Shown in pieces: positions 25,005 to 38,379 of a DNA stretch of 64,000 bases. A model generated the notes under the pieces. It did not search any database. It saw only the letters and a program-made list of their open reading frames with translations, and was not told the DNA's origin. Where the stretch lies: positions 22,320,001-22,384,000 of the forward strand of contig NC_092674.1 in the NCBI RefSeq assembly GCF_964355755.1, in the 5' to 3' direction. Source of the stretch: Antedon mediterranea. Lineage: Eukaryota; Animalia; Echinodermata. The translations under genes were made by a program, and so were the position numbers. Numbering within the stretch: position 1 is the stretch's first letter; every line of letters begins with the position of its first letter.

Positions 25005-27021
25005 CACTATGATTAAAAGACCACCATCTTATTTAATTGTAATTTGTATACATACTTATGGAAGTACAGGTTGTATTAATACTGATATTAAAACTCTTAT
25101 AATAAATGATTATACAATTGACAGTCCCCCCTGAAAGCATAATAAATGGATAGCTCTAAATAATTGCTGCTTTTAAAACACGGGAAATTAGTACCAAATT
25201 GAACATGATATAGATTTTCTAGGCCTAATATTATTAGTTAGATAACTTTTTCAACGTTAAGGAATTATAGATTAGATAGAACATTTATCGCCTTAAAATG
25301 TGTCCTCAAAAGAATTTTATAATTATTAGCCTACATTCCATATTTCAAACAAACATTATATTTTACTAAATTTGTGATCATGTTTAATGTTTTATAAAGA
25401 TGTATTATATTTTAAAAAGTAATTTTATTGAGAACAACATAAAATAAAGAAAAATTAAAAAAAATATACTACATGTAGAAGAATTGTAGGTGAATCGATT
25501 TAGCAAATAAACATGAAACTGATAAAAATAATTTAGCATAGCAGTTAAGCTTTTTTTTTAGACATTTCACTTTAATAGGCCTACATAAATTAATGTTAAT
25601 TAAGTACTGTAGGGCTTCTTGATGGATTAATTAGGCTTACATGCCTATTACTTTGAAGGAAGTAATTTTGGGTCCGTTTGTAATGTAATCTTGAAAGCTA
25701 CTACTGAAAAAAATCTAATGAGGGCCACTTATTTAGGCCAAATTAATATATAATTTGTGATAAACTTCGCCGTAAAAAATAAAAGTTCCTGCACATTATG
25801 CGTACTCAGCTGCATAGAATGATTTTTTCTAATACATCTATGGTCGGCTGTAATTATACTCTTGCTCATTATGTTGAGCAGGAGAATTACTTTTTAGTTG
25901 TAGTCGCATATTGGAAACGAAATGTGTCACCGGTAATGTGTGGATCACAATAGGATACCTAATGTGTGAAATTTAGTAACTTTGAAACGCAATCGATATA
26001 GGTCTTTCTTCTTTAGATGTAAATAGACAGATATTATTTTGACGAGAATGAAATTTATATTAATTATTTCTATACAAAATTTTTGTTATGAAATTTAGTT
26101 TTTCATATTTACTAATAATATTTTGAAAAAAAAAAATCAGATGTGAGTGAACCACTCGGAATATATTTACGATAATTCAATAAATTAAAATAACATTTAG
26201 TTGTGTTACTAGTGTAGTTTCTGTTTCTCTTTTCATCGATTGATAGATTAAATATAGGTAATTGATATTTTGAACAATAAATTAGTATAAACCAATATGC
26301 CAAGATTACCGTAGGTACACTACGTTCCGACATGGTGTGTAAGCCTATATTCCCATTTCGTCATTGTGGTCACATATACTCTAATCGTATATAAATGACA
26401 ACAGTGTCTCAACTCAGCACAGCAAATAGGAGTAATTATTTAAATGGGATAGTTATACAAATTAAGTTTTGAATTTTAGTATCGAAATGCAAGGTGTCAC
26501 AGTGACAATTTGTTACGCCTACGTTGTTCACTATTAGTGGCTATGGTGTTTTTAATACTCCTACTGTATATTACTGGGCATGATGTTACCTCTAGTCCTC
26601 TACTATAAGAATTGTGTTTTGCCAGAAAAGAGAAAAAGACAGGTTAGATATATTTATATGATTTAACTTGCTGTAAAAGGCCTGAATGAGCATACCTTGG
26701 TAAAACAATTTGTAAGCTAAGCTAAAAGTGAAAGGGATTCTATGTCACCTAATATACTTCAATTTACGATATATTTTGTATAGACAGTATACATTGTAAA
26801 AGAAAAAAACACTTTATTTTGTTTTTATAAAACAATTTATTAGGAATGTATTTATTATGATTTTATAAATTGCGCCGCCTATCGATACACTTTTTGACAT
26901 GTTTGCCAATAGAGGGCTTAAAACCGAAATTTAAATCACGAGAAGCGCGCCGCCTATTGATATACAAATTGAAATTATTGCCGGTAGAGGGCTTAAAACA
27001 GAAAATAAAGCTCACATTCCA

Positions 27022-28740
27022 TGTTTTCAATGATCAAACTAGGACACCTACCTCCTAGACAGTTACCCCCCGGATGTTTACCACCCGGAAAACTACCCCC
27101 TTAGGACAACTACCCCCGGACAACTACCCCCCGGACAACTACCCCCTTAGGACAACTACCCCCTTAGGATAACAACCCCCCGGACAACTACCTCCCGGAC
27201 AAATACCCCCTTAGGACAACTACCCCCTTAGGATAACTACCCCCCGGGTAACTACCCCCGGTCAACTACCCTCCGGTCAACTACCCCCCCCCCCCCCCAT
27301 CCAAAAGTAGACAAATATATAGGACCGGTTTCTGTAAAAATGAAATCATCTGTTTTTAACGGGTGTTTCGAAACTAGAGACCCGAGACCAGAGACCTGAC
27401 ACGAGACCCAATACGAAAAGGGAGACCTATATTTGGGTCTCTTTTTTCGTATATTAGGGTCTCCCTTTTCGTATAGTGTGGTCTCTCTTTTCGTATAGTG
27501 GGGTCTCCCTTTTCTTATAGTGGGGTCTCCCTTTTCTTATAGTGGGTCTCCCTTTTCGTATATTTGGGTCTCCCATTTTGTATATTTGGGTCTCCTTTTC
27601 GTATAATTGGGTCTCCCTTTTCGTATATTTAGGTCTCCCTTTTCATATATTAGGGTCTCCCTTTTCGTATAGTGGGGTCTCCCTTTTCGTATGGTGGGGT
27701 CTCCCTTTTCGTATGTGGGTCTCCCTTTTCGTGTATTTAGGTCTCCCTTTTCGTATTGGGTCTCGGGTCTCTGGTCTCTGGTCTCTAGTTTCGAAACACC
27801 CGTTTTTAACCGATTATTCTGTTTAACAGCACGCTAGACCCTAGATGTGCTAGATTTAAAGTACCGTATTTATTGAAAAAACGGCCTGGGCTGTTTATTG
27901 TTTAGGTGGTTTTTAGGTGGACATTTATTGGAAGAAAGTTGTTTATTCAATGGGAGGGGGTATAATCTAATGGAAATAGACGCCGATTATTCCATATGAT
28001 GTTTCATGGGAGTGACATGGTCACCGTTTATTTGAGGGGAATTTATTTAAAGATCGACGTTTATTCGGTGAGTGAACATTGAGGTCAAATATCAAAAGTG
28101 ATATTATTCTTCAAGTGTACAAAAATACAAATGACAAATTTGAGACAAAAAGTAATTCTTTTAAGACTAGTGGTTATCGAAGCATTGTCCTGACGCAAAA
28201 ATTATTATTATTATTAGCGAACCCAGTCTTTACAGTAAATACACGGAGTACTATATAATACGTTCGACTATCCTATGATCATGTGTGACAATCTTCAGTT
28301 TATACGAGGCTATATTTATGTTCAATCTTTTACTTTTGTTTACAATAATGAATAGTAATTCGTCAAAGTAACGAATTAAAATATAGTTATTAATTCCTAT
28401 TATACACTGTTGCAGAGTCAGGTTGTTGAATGGTCTGGGTGGTTAGGGTGTTCTAAAGGGATAGTTTTCTGGGTGGTAATTGTCCGGGGGGTAATTGTCC
28501 GGGGGGTAATTGTCCGGGGGGTAATTGTTCCTAGGGGGTAATTGTCCAGGGGGTAGTTGTCCTAAGGGGGTTGTTGTCCTAAGGGGGTTGTTGTCCTAAG
28601 GGGGTAGTTGTCCGGGGGGTAGTTGTCCTAAAGGGGTAGTTGTCCTAAGGGGGTAGTGGTCCAGGTGGTGGTTGTCCGGGGGGTAGTTGTCCGGGGGGTA
28701 AATGTCCAGGGGGTGAATATCCGGATAATCATCAAAAACA
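27022..28740. mobile_element. Foldback-like element with inverted subterminal tandem arrays
   Basis: (GGACAACTACCCCCC/TTA)n at 27041-27298 is mirrored by (GGGGGTAGTTGTCC)n at 28445-28722. The outer flanks are also weakly inverted (gttttcaatgat / atcatcaaaaac). Confidence 0.65.
27361..27801. mobile_element. Mutator(MULE)-like MITE, 441 bp, with internal ~22-bp tandem array
   Basis: TIR GGGTGTTTCGAAACTAGAGACC...GGTCTCTAGTTTCGAAACACCC, perfect 9-bp TSD GTTTTTAAC (27352-27360, 27802-27810), internal (GGTCTCCCTTTTCGTATAkTkr)n. Confidence 0.88.
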
Positions 28741-29994
28741 ATTATTTGTTCAAATATCGATTTACGATTGATTTTGTTTTTATAGACATTACATTGTAAC
28801 ATTGAACAGGAATACTGTATTAAGTTAATTATTGCCGTTAGAGAGAAATATATTTTGTATAGACCCGTATACATTGTAAAAATTGACATTCGAAAGGAGT
28901 TTTTAGGAATGTATTAGTATTACTATTACACACTGATTTTAGAAACTGCGCCGCCTATCGATACACTTTTTGACATTATTGCCAATAGAGGGCTTAAACA
29001 GAAAACAAAGTGCGCCGCCTAATGACAAAATTAAATTATTGCCGATAGAGGGCTTATAACATAAAAAGATGATGATGATATGGGGCTCAATATTATATTC
29101 AATGATGAGGTGGATTTTTTTATTTTTTTTTATTTTGCAGGATCCGATCTTAACTTAACTGTCTTTGTCATCTTTGTTTTCATTTATTTTTGTTACATTA
29201 TCTACGTGGGGTTTTTTTTTCATACATTTTTTACCGCCATATATGATCAAAATTGGGGATCACCAAAACTTATAAATTTCCAAATTTCTACTATCTTTAT
29301 TTCCATTCATTATACACATACATAAATAATCATAGTACAAATACTAAGAAAGTCTATTATCCGTTTTCAGAAAGTTTTAGATAATAATTTTTAAAAAGAG
29401 ATGTGTTTTGAATTAGTAACATTTTTGTCGTTGTAGTATAGCGTTGGTGTAGTGTAGAAAATGTGCATTAGTGTACTTGACAAAAGTGTCACAAACTAAG
29501 CAGCTAGAATTCAAATGACATAGTTATGTAAATTAAGTCTCGCGAAAATTGTAGTATCTGGCGCAAGGTATTACAATAACAATAGAAAGCCGGGGATGTC
29601 AACTAAATCAAACGTTCCATGGTTTTGTTATAACCACGTACATGGAGCCTGTGTATTTTGCTGGGTATTTTTAGCTAGATGTTGTATATAACAAGACTAC
29701 AAGGCAAGATAAGTCATATTTTATAGGAATTAAGTTGCTGTGGATTGGACGGAATGAAGCTTGTGTAAGTCTATAGTCTACAAACACAAAATTAGATTAT
29801 TAAAAGTAGATTATTTTGGAAGTATAACTTTTGTACAAAATGATCTTACAACTGTAAAATATCATTACATTTAATTTTCACTATGTTTAATAATTCAACA
29901 GTCATATAACATTTGAGGCTTACAGTACCGTACTTAATGTTTATGTTATGAGTTAATACTTAGTGACATCAAATATGACTACATCAAATTAACA

Positions 29995-30173
29995 TTTAGT
30001 CGCATGCAATGCGACTCTACAGCTCACTATGTTGGTAGGTCGGTTTGTTGGTTGGTTAATACTTGGAGACAAATATAAATGTTTTTAGCAATTTCGGTCG
30101 GTTGGTCGGTCGGTCGGTAAACACTAACTCAAATTTGCGCACGCGACTGCCGCCATGTATATATGGCCTTGTT
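29995..30173 (+). mobile_element. Helentron-associated HINE/DINE-like element
   Basis: TTTAGTCGCATGCAATGCGACT 5' palindrome, (GTCG/GTTG)n microsatellites, 3' cacgcgact inverted copy plus gccatgtatatatggc hairpin and TTGTT end. Confidence 0.7.
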
Positions 30174-33100
30174 ATAATGTCACATTCATACGTGGTTCAA
30201 GCCTTTTTTTTTTCGGAGACCAACGTCACCAAAGCTGATTATAATAACTTATTCATACGGACGCTGAAGTATAACGTTTACATCCAGTGGTTACACTGCA
30301 TTCGGGTGTATAACGATCGTACCGAAACTAAACGTCGGCATTTTTTGGTTGTCTGTTTAGTAATTGTTGACGAGGAGTATTTTAAGGCCGTCAGTAGTAT
30401 TTCTAAATCCAGGTCTGATAATACTCTTTTGAGAGTCGATCGGTAGTCGCCGTGTTGAAGAGCAATTAACTACTCACATTGTTAAATATGTATTCATAAT
30501 AATTATAGTTAAATGGCAATGGATTTATTAGAATTGTGTACCCAATATCGTCATTGTCGCCGTTTACAAAGGTGTAAAGGATATGCCTTGCATGTCTGTT
30601 AGTCTGTTGTTAGTCAGCGATATAAAACTAGTTATTTCGCTTGCAACAGATAATATTGGAATAAAGAATCGTACATATTTGTTTAGTTGAATATAACATC
30701 AATAAAAATCAAATAAAGTTACGCGTTATATTGTGAACGTTGAGAACGTTCAAATATGTCCAAAACAATTTTGCGACGTGTTGTATTTACTATAATGAAT
30801 TGTTTTCTTAAATAATGACATTTGACCTGTTTTCAGGCAAATTATCATATCTCATTATTGGGTTGGAGTGGAAAGTTCATTTTGGTGTCAGATTGTTCAG
30901 AATATATATGTTTCTATTCTGCTTAATAGAAGATTTTAAAAAAAGATTCCAATTACATTTACAAACATTTTATCAAATTATGACTGTTTATTGATGCATT
31001 TATTATACTTATAACTTTATGCGAAATGTCTAACTTGATTAATTTTTGACTAATTTGTTTAACTATAGTTATTCGTTAACGCACAATTTTTTGCTTGATC
31101 AAATAACTTTTACACTCATTATAATATGTGTGAACAAAATAAATAATTCAGATAGTCAAACCTTAACTTAATACAGTAAATATATCCGTTGGTTGAACAT
31201 TCGCTTATTGCATTTAAAATCGTATATTTCTCGATACGAAGAAACACTGGTACATTATGCTCAACTAACTAAAACTGGAAACCTGAGTACATTTTAACAT
31301 GCAAAACATGTCATAGTATTATATTCAGTGCTTAATAATTGTATTATTAACATAGTATATTATATTCAATGTTGATTACATCATAATGGCTACTTTGAGG
31401 TTTACCTGATACGCTTAAAAAATCATATGGCGCCCTCTATTTTAAACAGTTCAAACGACAGCCTTAAAAAAATACAATACAATAGCGTATCTTCCTGCAA
31501 ACAGGTCTATATAATTTAACTCATCATAGAAATTTAAAACAAAGGAAAATTATAATTTATAAAACACATCAAAACATACTATGATAAAACTGAAAAGCGC
31601 GAATTTTATAAATTAAAACGTAAGTTGTCGTACTTACAAAGAAAGTCATATCAAATTACATTGTCGATCTACTCCATGGTTATACCTAATCATTTTTTTA
31701 AATATTTTGTGTATTGAACAATTAATAGATATACATTCACAATGTTGGCCTATATTATATAGGCCTGCATTTTCTTGTATAGTTTAAGCTTTTTCTGGCC
31801 AAACAAAATGGCAAACGTGCTTGCGACATTTTTATTTTTATGAGCCCATCCCTAGTTGACTTGTTTTAGCATTTCCTCTGCGTAGGTTTTGAAGCTGTTA
31901 TTATCAAAACGTATTCGATAACCATAGATGTCGCATAGCATTTAGAAATATCTCCGTATTTTAACTTTTACAGTCTCGGCTTATGCAATTTGGAATATAT
32001 TCTCTAACCTATCCTTTCACCGATTTTCTTAGAAATTTTTGGGTAAGTACTTAAGTTATTTATGTTGTTTCTGGAAATTCCCATTATTTTAATTATTACT
32101 ATGAAACTGATTGGTGTAATAGTGACAAAATCGATCATGTTACACGTCCATTGTTGTATATTATTTTAGAACACATTTCAGAAGGGAGGTGGGGAAAATA
32201 GTGTAATAGTTGTCATAATGGGGAAAGTTGTTTAAGAAAATATTACAGTTACGTTGAAAACCATTAATTATATTATTCCGTGTATGCATAATATAGGCAG
32301 GGTGAACTTTTTTTTGTTCCAATCAACTAACATACATAAAATGAATCGCTTCATAAATACGCGTTTAATTTCAACGTTCGATTTACATAAGGTCTATGTC
32401 TGCTGCCAATAAATAAAAGATTAATATAATCGGTTATTTTGATAAGTGGTTATTGTTTACCAGTATAAACTGGACCAGAGCAGTATTACCAAATACTAAT
32501 AATTTATTTGGAAATCCATGGCACGCCTCTTGAGAGAAGGTACTTCCAAAATAATTAAAAGTTTAAAAAAAAGTGAAAAAATCTAAATTATATACAAGAT
32601 ATAAAAGTAACAAAAATACATGCACATAAATACTATCTTAGAAATTGCAACCACATGGATATTTAATGTTTATAGTCTTACAATATAACAACGAATTTAC
32701 TTTATTGATAATATATAAGAAAAGCATTGGTGGTGACATTTCATCTAATTTCTAACAGTTTTTGTATACATAACTATAAGTAATTATACGATATTGCAGA
32801 TGTTAGTCCTTCTTACATTTATGTTAAGAAAATGCAAAATTGTTTTTAAAATCGTAATCATTTTCGGTAACACATTTTGAGAAATAATAATTGTATTGAA
32901 TTTGAATGGAGAAATACAAAACCACTGAAATACAGTATAACAATGTAACGAATTTAGTTATTTATTGGCTCATATTGGTTTGATTTAGACCATATTATAA
33001 TTATAATATTCTAGTGCGTTTAAAAAGTATCAATGGTTTCTATTAAACATTACTATATACAATATTGACCGAATTTTTACCATCTATCTATACTGTAATA

Positions 33101-33897
33101 TCTGGGAAAATGCCACTTTACTTATTTAATAATAAATATCAAGAAGATAGAAATAGGCTAGTTTCATAATTGGCGATTGTTTGTTTTGTTTTAAATTAAA
33201 ATCAGTACATTAATGCAAAATAAAATGTATTTACGTTATGAATTAATTTACAATACGATACAGGTTAAATGTACACCTACTAATGGTATAATCATTATTT
33301 TTCTAAACAGTTAGGATCACTGTGTTTCGGAATTAAATTACATTGTAAGCTTTACAACAAAACGTTCAAATATTCTTTAGGCCTATTTATATAATTTGGA
33401 ATATTGTTTTTTTTATAAATAATTCAAACGTATAATTCTAATTATGATAATTATATAAATTAAAAAACAACAGAATAAACAGTACTAGTCAACTAACTAT
33501 ACTTAACTAAAAAACATTCGTATTATAATTGAATACTAATAGCCATAATAAGTATGAAGTCAAAGATGAACGGTCTGTATACGGTGATCGTGAATAAGCA
33601 AGTCCTCTTTTCTATCCGTTGTCTTCAATTCTTACACCTGTAAAAAAACAAAATGAACAGTAAGTACCGTTTACTATTAACGGTTTGTCATCATGTTATT
33701 TGATAGAACTATATTTATACAAGATGATATTTATTAATGAATTGGTGTTCAAACTTAAAAAAAACTACTATATAGTGTATTCGATAACTTGGTCTTTTTT
33801 AATTCAAATCAACAGGCTTATCCTCTGTACCGTATTCTACATTATTTCAACATTGATTGTGCACTCTCAGTCTGTATATACGATTTATTGGGTTGTT

Positions 33898-34017
33898 TCC
33901 ACGTACAAGCAATGCCAACGATTTTTTAATGGATCGTCCTCCACATACAAACAATGCCAACGAAGTTTTTCAGGGACCGTCCAAATACAAATTAACGACA
34001 TTTTTTTAAGGGATCGC
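33898..34017. repeat. Minisatellite, ~40-42 bp x3
   Basis: tccacrtacaarcaatgccaacga...ggaycg repeated three times with decay. Confidence 0.7.
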
Positions 34018-35371
34018 ATCAATTAAAAAATTCAGTGTCTTTCAGATCTTTAATGTTTTCTTATTCAGGATTAATTTTTCGTTTAACATTATGAGGACAG
34101 TATCATTTTGTTGTGAATATTGGAATTACTTTTACTATCGTTTATTTATTTTATTTTAAACCTAGTATTGTGATTTCCCAAACATGGTCATTATTTCTCA
34201 GTAATAACATCATAACAAGTATTAGAATCATACTTATATATGTATGTATGTCTTTTTATTATTAACAAATTTTGTTAATAATTGGATTCTAGACACTTTA
34301 TACGAATTCCAACCCTTTACACCGTAGTAGCAAAAAAACACAAAATTGCTAAGAAGACAAGAACACATTATATTAGTTACTAAGTGTTTTTTAATCGACA
34401 TATTTTAAAGAATATAAATACATCTTGATGATAAGTATCCATAAACTACAGTACGTGTTTATTATTCTCATTTATATAAACTTGTTCTAAACAAAGCCAG
34501 TAGACCATATCATTATAATAATATTTATTCGGCATGTAATATCATCAAGCAAAATCTTGCCAGGAGCAGGCATAGGCACAGGCCTGAACCGAAGTAACTG
34601 CTCTTCCTCCAAGAAAAATGAAATGAAGTAATATATAGTTGGGTTCAATTAGTATGTCATTGTGTATTATGGTAATTAATTGCTTGTTTTAAAAATAACC
34701 AGTACAGATTTACATAGCATGATTTGCTTCTAGACTATATATCGTTTTCTAGTAACACTTATTATTTTATAACTAGTAAAGAACAAAAATTATGTTTATC
34801 AATAATGTGACGACATTTATTTTTTCACTAAAGATACATATTATCGTCTTGTTATTTTGTAAACATGCCTACGTTTATGAAATGTATTTCATTTGGTTGT
34901 TTCATGTCTTTGTCCTTTGCTCATATCATAATATAAACAAATTAAATATTTAAATGTAGGCCTATTATACTTTTAATAATATACATCTATGGTTTTTTTT
35001 GTTACAATAGTCATAAACAAAATATTGTATTATCTGCTGAACAGTTACACTTAGATGCATTTGTGTTATCTTATAGTGTTTTAATTTATATTTTTAAATT
35101 GTAGTCGTACAGTACTAAGTACCGTAAAAAATAATCAAAAAATTGTCTTATCTGCTGCACATTCCCAATTTAGATTGTTATTTAGGCTTATACGACGCAT
35201 TTAGTAATTGGTAAATTATATTCGTTACATTTTAGAAGATTTATTTAAACATTCTGTTGCTTCAAGTTAATAACATTGGTTTCTTTCGTTAAATTAAATG
35301 TACATTTTAAACTTAAATTTGCAATGATAATATCTTATTATGTCATATAATTAACATTACCTTGCATGGTA

Positions 35372-35630
35372 CTAGTCATTTATATCAGCTGCTGGCCCTA
35401 CGCCTGTGTGGTAGTTTCCACAACTACAGTTTCTCCTTAGGATATATATTACCCGACCTCTACGATTCTCCCGAGTACGGTTGTACTGGCAATTGTAAAG
35501 AGACTTGTGTACTTCACGTTTGGCTCTTAACCCTTTACTACAAACACATTCTATTGTTAATAATATCTTGACCATTGGCCACCTCCTTTTTCCATTTGCA
35601 GTTTGCTTGAGTATGTTCTTCAGAAGCCAT
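35372..35630 (-). pseudogene. Small Cys/His-rich protein family, copy A, frameshifted (MASEEHTQANCKWKKEVANG/KILLTIECVC...YILRRNCSCGNYHTGVGPAADIND)
   Basis: The ATG at 35630 matches paralog starts, but its frame stops early. The conserved C-terminal part is in the +1 frame, with the shift near 35571. An assembly error is possible. Confidence 0.75.
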
Positions 35631-36121
35631 GATGTCAAAGCATGGGAGTTCAATTACTTTCATTGAAAATCAGCATAATTTATACTTAACCATCAACCAA
35701 TCAACGCAGCTGAATACAGTCTTTTCAAAAAGTATAACCAATTAAACATTGAATTAATAGTAATTTAGAAAATAAGTTTGAGTAAAATATAATTAATGAA
35801 TATGTCAACTAAGTTGAGTCTAACTAACACATTTTCCAGATTTAGTCATTTATGAGTGTTACTACACCTCTACAAGTAATAAAAATCAACCACCACCACC
35901 ACCTTTAAAGATTCAAGAGTTGCGAGAGTTGACAGTATTCATTTTAATTTGTTTATTTCTGAGATAGAAGAAGTTTGCTCAATTGTTTTACTTGACCATG
36001 GCCTGATCGAAATCGACGGACTGGCTCACCTTTCCGTATTCTTACGATCAATACGATTTATTAATCATACAATACCAACATTTAATTTGATTTTTAACCG
36101 AGTATACAGTATAATGATACC

Positions 36122-36367
36122 TTAATTCTTTGAAGCGCCTGAACCAGAATGGCTTTTGAATTCTCCACAGTAACAATGTCGACGAAGTATGTTTCTTATA
36201 GGGTATTTTCGGAATTCCAAGCTCCAATAGCAATCCGATCGCCTATGGTCTTCACTTTCGTGATCATTGTCTCGATCACAGCAGCATTCGAGTATTATTT
36301 CGTTGGTACCAGTTTTTTTCCATTTGCAATCTTCATCACGATGCGTCTCAGTCTTGCTGTAGTCCAT
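36122..36367 (-). CDS. Small Cys/His-rich protein family, copy B, 81 aa, intact
   Basis: HRDEDCKW...LECCC...EDHRRSDCYW...ILRRHCYCG matches the family pattern; donor 1 nt after TAA. Confidence 0.75.
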   Translation of the reverse strand: MDYSKTETHRDEDCKWKKTGTNEIILECCCDRDNDHESEDHRRSDCYWSLEFRKYPIRNILRRHCYCGEFKSHSGSGASKN

Positions 36368-38379
36368 CCTTTTTCGTTTTCTTTATATCTTGATTATGAT
36401 TTTCAGTATGATGAAGCCTTCTTATGTTTGGTAAAAATATACGCTTACAATTTCGTTGACAAACACGCAACTGTCAACAATGCTCTGATTTAGAATATGT
36501 TTATTTATGATAGGCCCTATGTCTATTGTGACTCATGCGAAAATAATATCACTTAATTAACATAACTCGGACAGCCCACTATTTCGTATAATATTTTTTT
36601 TTTTATTTGTAAAATAGATATTTTTAGATCAGTAGATTCTGATTACTATTACTTATTATCATGTTTTTATGTACAAACGAATGTGATAAAGATATTTAAT
36701 AAATAACTGTAAAATACATCAATTTCATGTTATTCTAAAAGCTGGATTTGTTGTAGATAGTGTATATTAGTAAGAATGTGTGTAAATGGTCAAATTCCTC
36801 ACCAAAACTACATTGATTACCCTTGAAAATATACTTTGTTGCTACAACAGTAGGCCTAAGGGATTTTGTAAAAGTATCAAAGAACTACTTTACTTTTTGA
36901 AAACATTTGCTTAAGTCATTAGTATTTAATAGAATATCTTTCAAGGAAATCAGTAGCATTTTTTAATAGATAAATTAACGTATTTGATCACAACATTGAA
37001 AGATAATTTCGGTTGACAAAATTACAATTGTTACTTGTTGATAACAGATCCCATATGAAATGTTAAAAGAACATAATATACTTGTTGGCTTAGATATAAT
37101 AAACTTCCACTTATTACTTCCATCACTGTATGAAACCACATTCAGCATTTGTTACAGATGACAAATAAATTTACATTTTTAAATAACGTTTCTACATAAC
37201 TAAACGAATTTAATTAAACTAATAACGAATCACATAATTTCAATATGTTAATATTTTCTTAGGTCATAGTGAATAAATAAAATATTGTTGAAGGAGATAT
37301 AATATTAGCATTTATAAACAGAAAAATAATGATTTTATCGAGCAAAAACACGTTATAGAATTTCGGCCCACAAAATGAAACCAATGGTACAATGATACCG
37401 TAGTACACAAATAAATATAATGGTAAATTCTATACGCTTTAGTATGGATACTAAATGACGAATGACTTTTGATGACACAAATAATTTTAAACCCACTGAA
37501 CTTAGAAGCATTGTGAATACAAAATTCCGATTTGGTTCACAAAGAAAATCTCTCGTGTTGTATATTATTTGCAAATAATGGTAAAGAACTTTCTGTAAAC
37601 GAAGTTATTTAGCAAACGAGAGAACAGCCACGTAAGCTGTAGTAAGCTATTCAGTTTGTTCTTATTAAGCAGTACATGTCTAGCTTTCAATCAGGTCACG
37701 AATTACCGGAAATGTTGACATTGGTGGATTCCCTTATGATCCGTCAAATAGACAATACCTAGCCTGAATACGTCATATATTTTTTGTTATGTATCTGAAC
37801 TTTAACGAATTTATTAATTTAATCTTAAATTAACATGTTTTAATTGATTTCAAAAGATTTATAAACATTCAACGAACATTATTTTAAAGCTATTGCAAAA
37901 TAAAATTAATTTTACAGATTACACCGTGTTCTACATTAACCTGTATGACATAAAGTATATAAGAAATCTACATGATTTCCATTTTAGTTTACATCATTTC
38001 TTCTAACCTCTATTTTCCTCGGTTATTCTATTTGACGTAGTTGCTGACATTGTACTTTCATAATATATATTCCATTTGTTAATTTCTGTATGATTTTTAT
38101 TTGTAAACTTTGTATAACATATAATTATATTCTCAATGAAATTATAACAATATGTTTATTTTATGTATGTCCTTACAATATTAACGAATATAGTTAAATT
38201 ATTAGTCAATTAGCTAAATTAAGCATGTTACTATTTTCTTAGACAATTGTAGTTTAATAAAATGTTGTTAAATGATATTCAGATAAAAACATGTTTGTTA
38301 GCGAGCTAAAACATTGTTGTAAAATTTCGGTTGTCAAAATTACAGATCGTATGATGCAATGCTAGAACAGCTATATCAT

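Larger units (their letters stand above)
26770..29065. repeat. ~230-bp direct repeat pair (26770-27010 and 28848-29065), each with two gcgccgcct...tagagggctta units
   Basis: atattttgtatagac..tacattgtaaa...aggaatgtatt...tgcgccgcctatcgatacactttttgacat...gccaatagagggcttaaa appears in both. Confidence 0.75.

Noticed and set aside
27542-27826. 94-aa ORF (MGLPFRIFGSP...)
   Set aside because: Translation artefact of the MITE's internal tandem repeat.
27041-28722. Regular repeat arrays resembling a CRISPR array
   Set aside because: Units are head-to-tail with no unique spacers and lie inside TIR elements; the context is eukaryotic with no cas genes.
28596-28889. 97-aa Pro-rich ORF (YPPDNYPPDN...)
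   Set aside because: Reads through the G-rich subterminal array; no gene context.
34478-34620. Minus-strand coding-like stretch FLEEEQLLRFRPVPMPAPGKILLDD
   Set aside because: No convincing start or splice sites, no paralog in the second unit and no recognisable motif.
35575-35653. ORF-track N-terminus MNSHALTSWLLKNILKQ... for copy A
   Set aside because: Starts at a non-ATG codon and lacks H-x4-C-x-W; the family-like N-terminus is in another frame from the ATG at 35630.
36149-36493. 114-aa + strand ORF (also 53509-53791 and 35362-35571)
   Set aside because: Antisense shadows of the minus-strand family genes; not conserved across paralogs.
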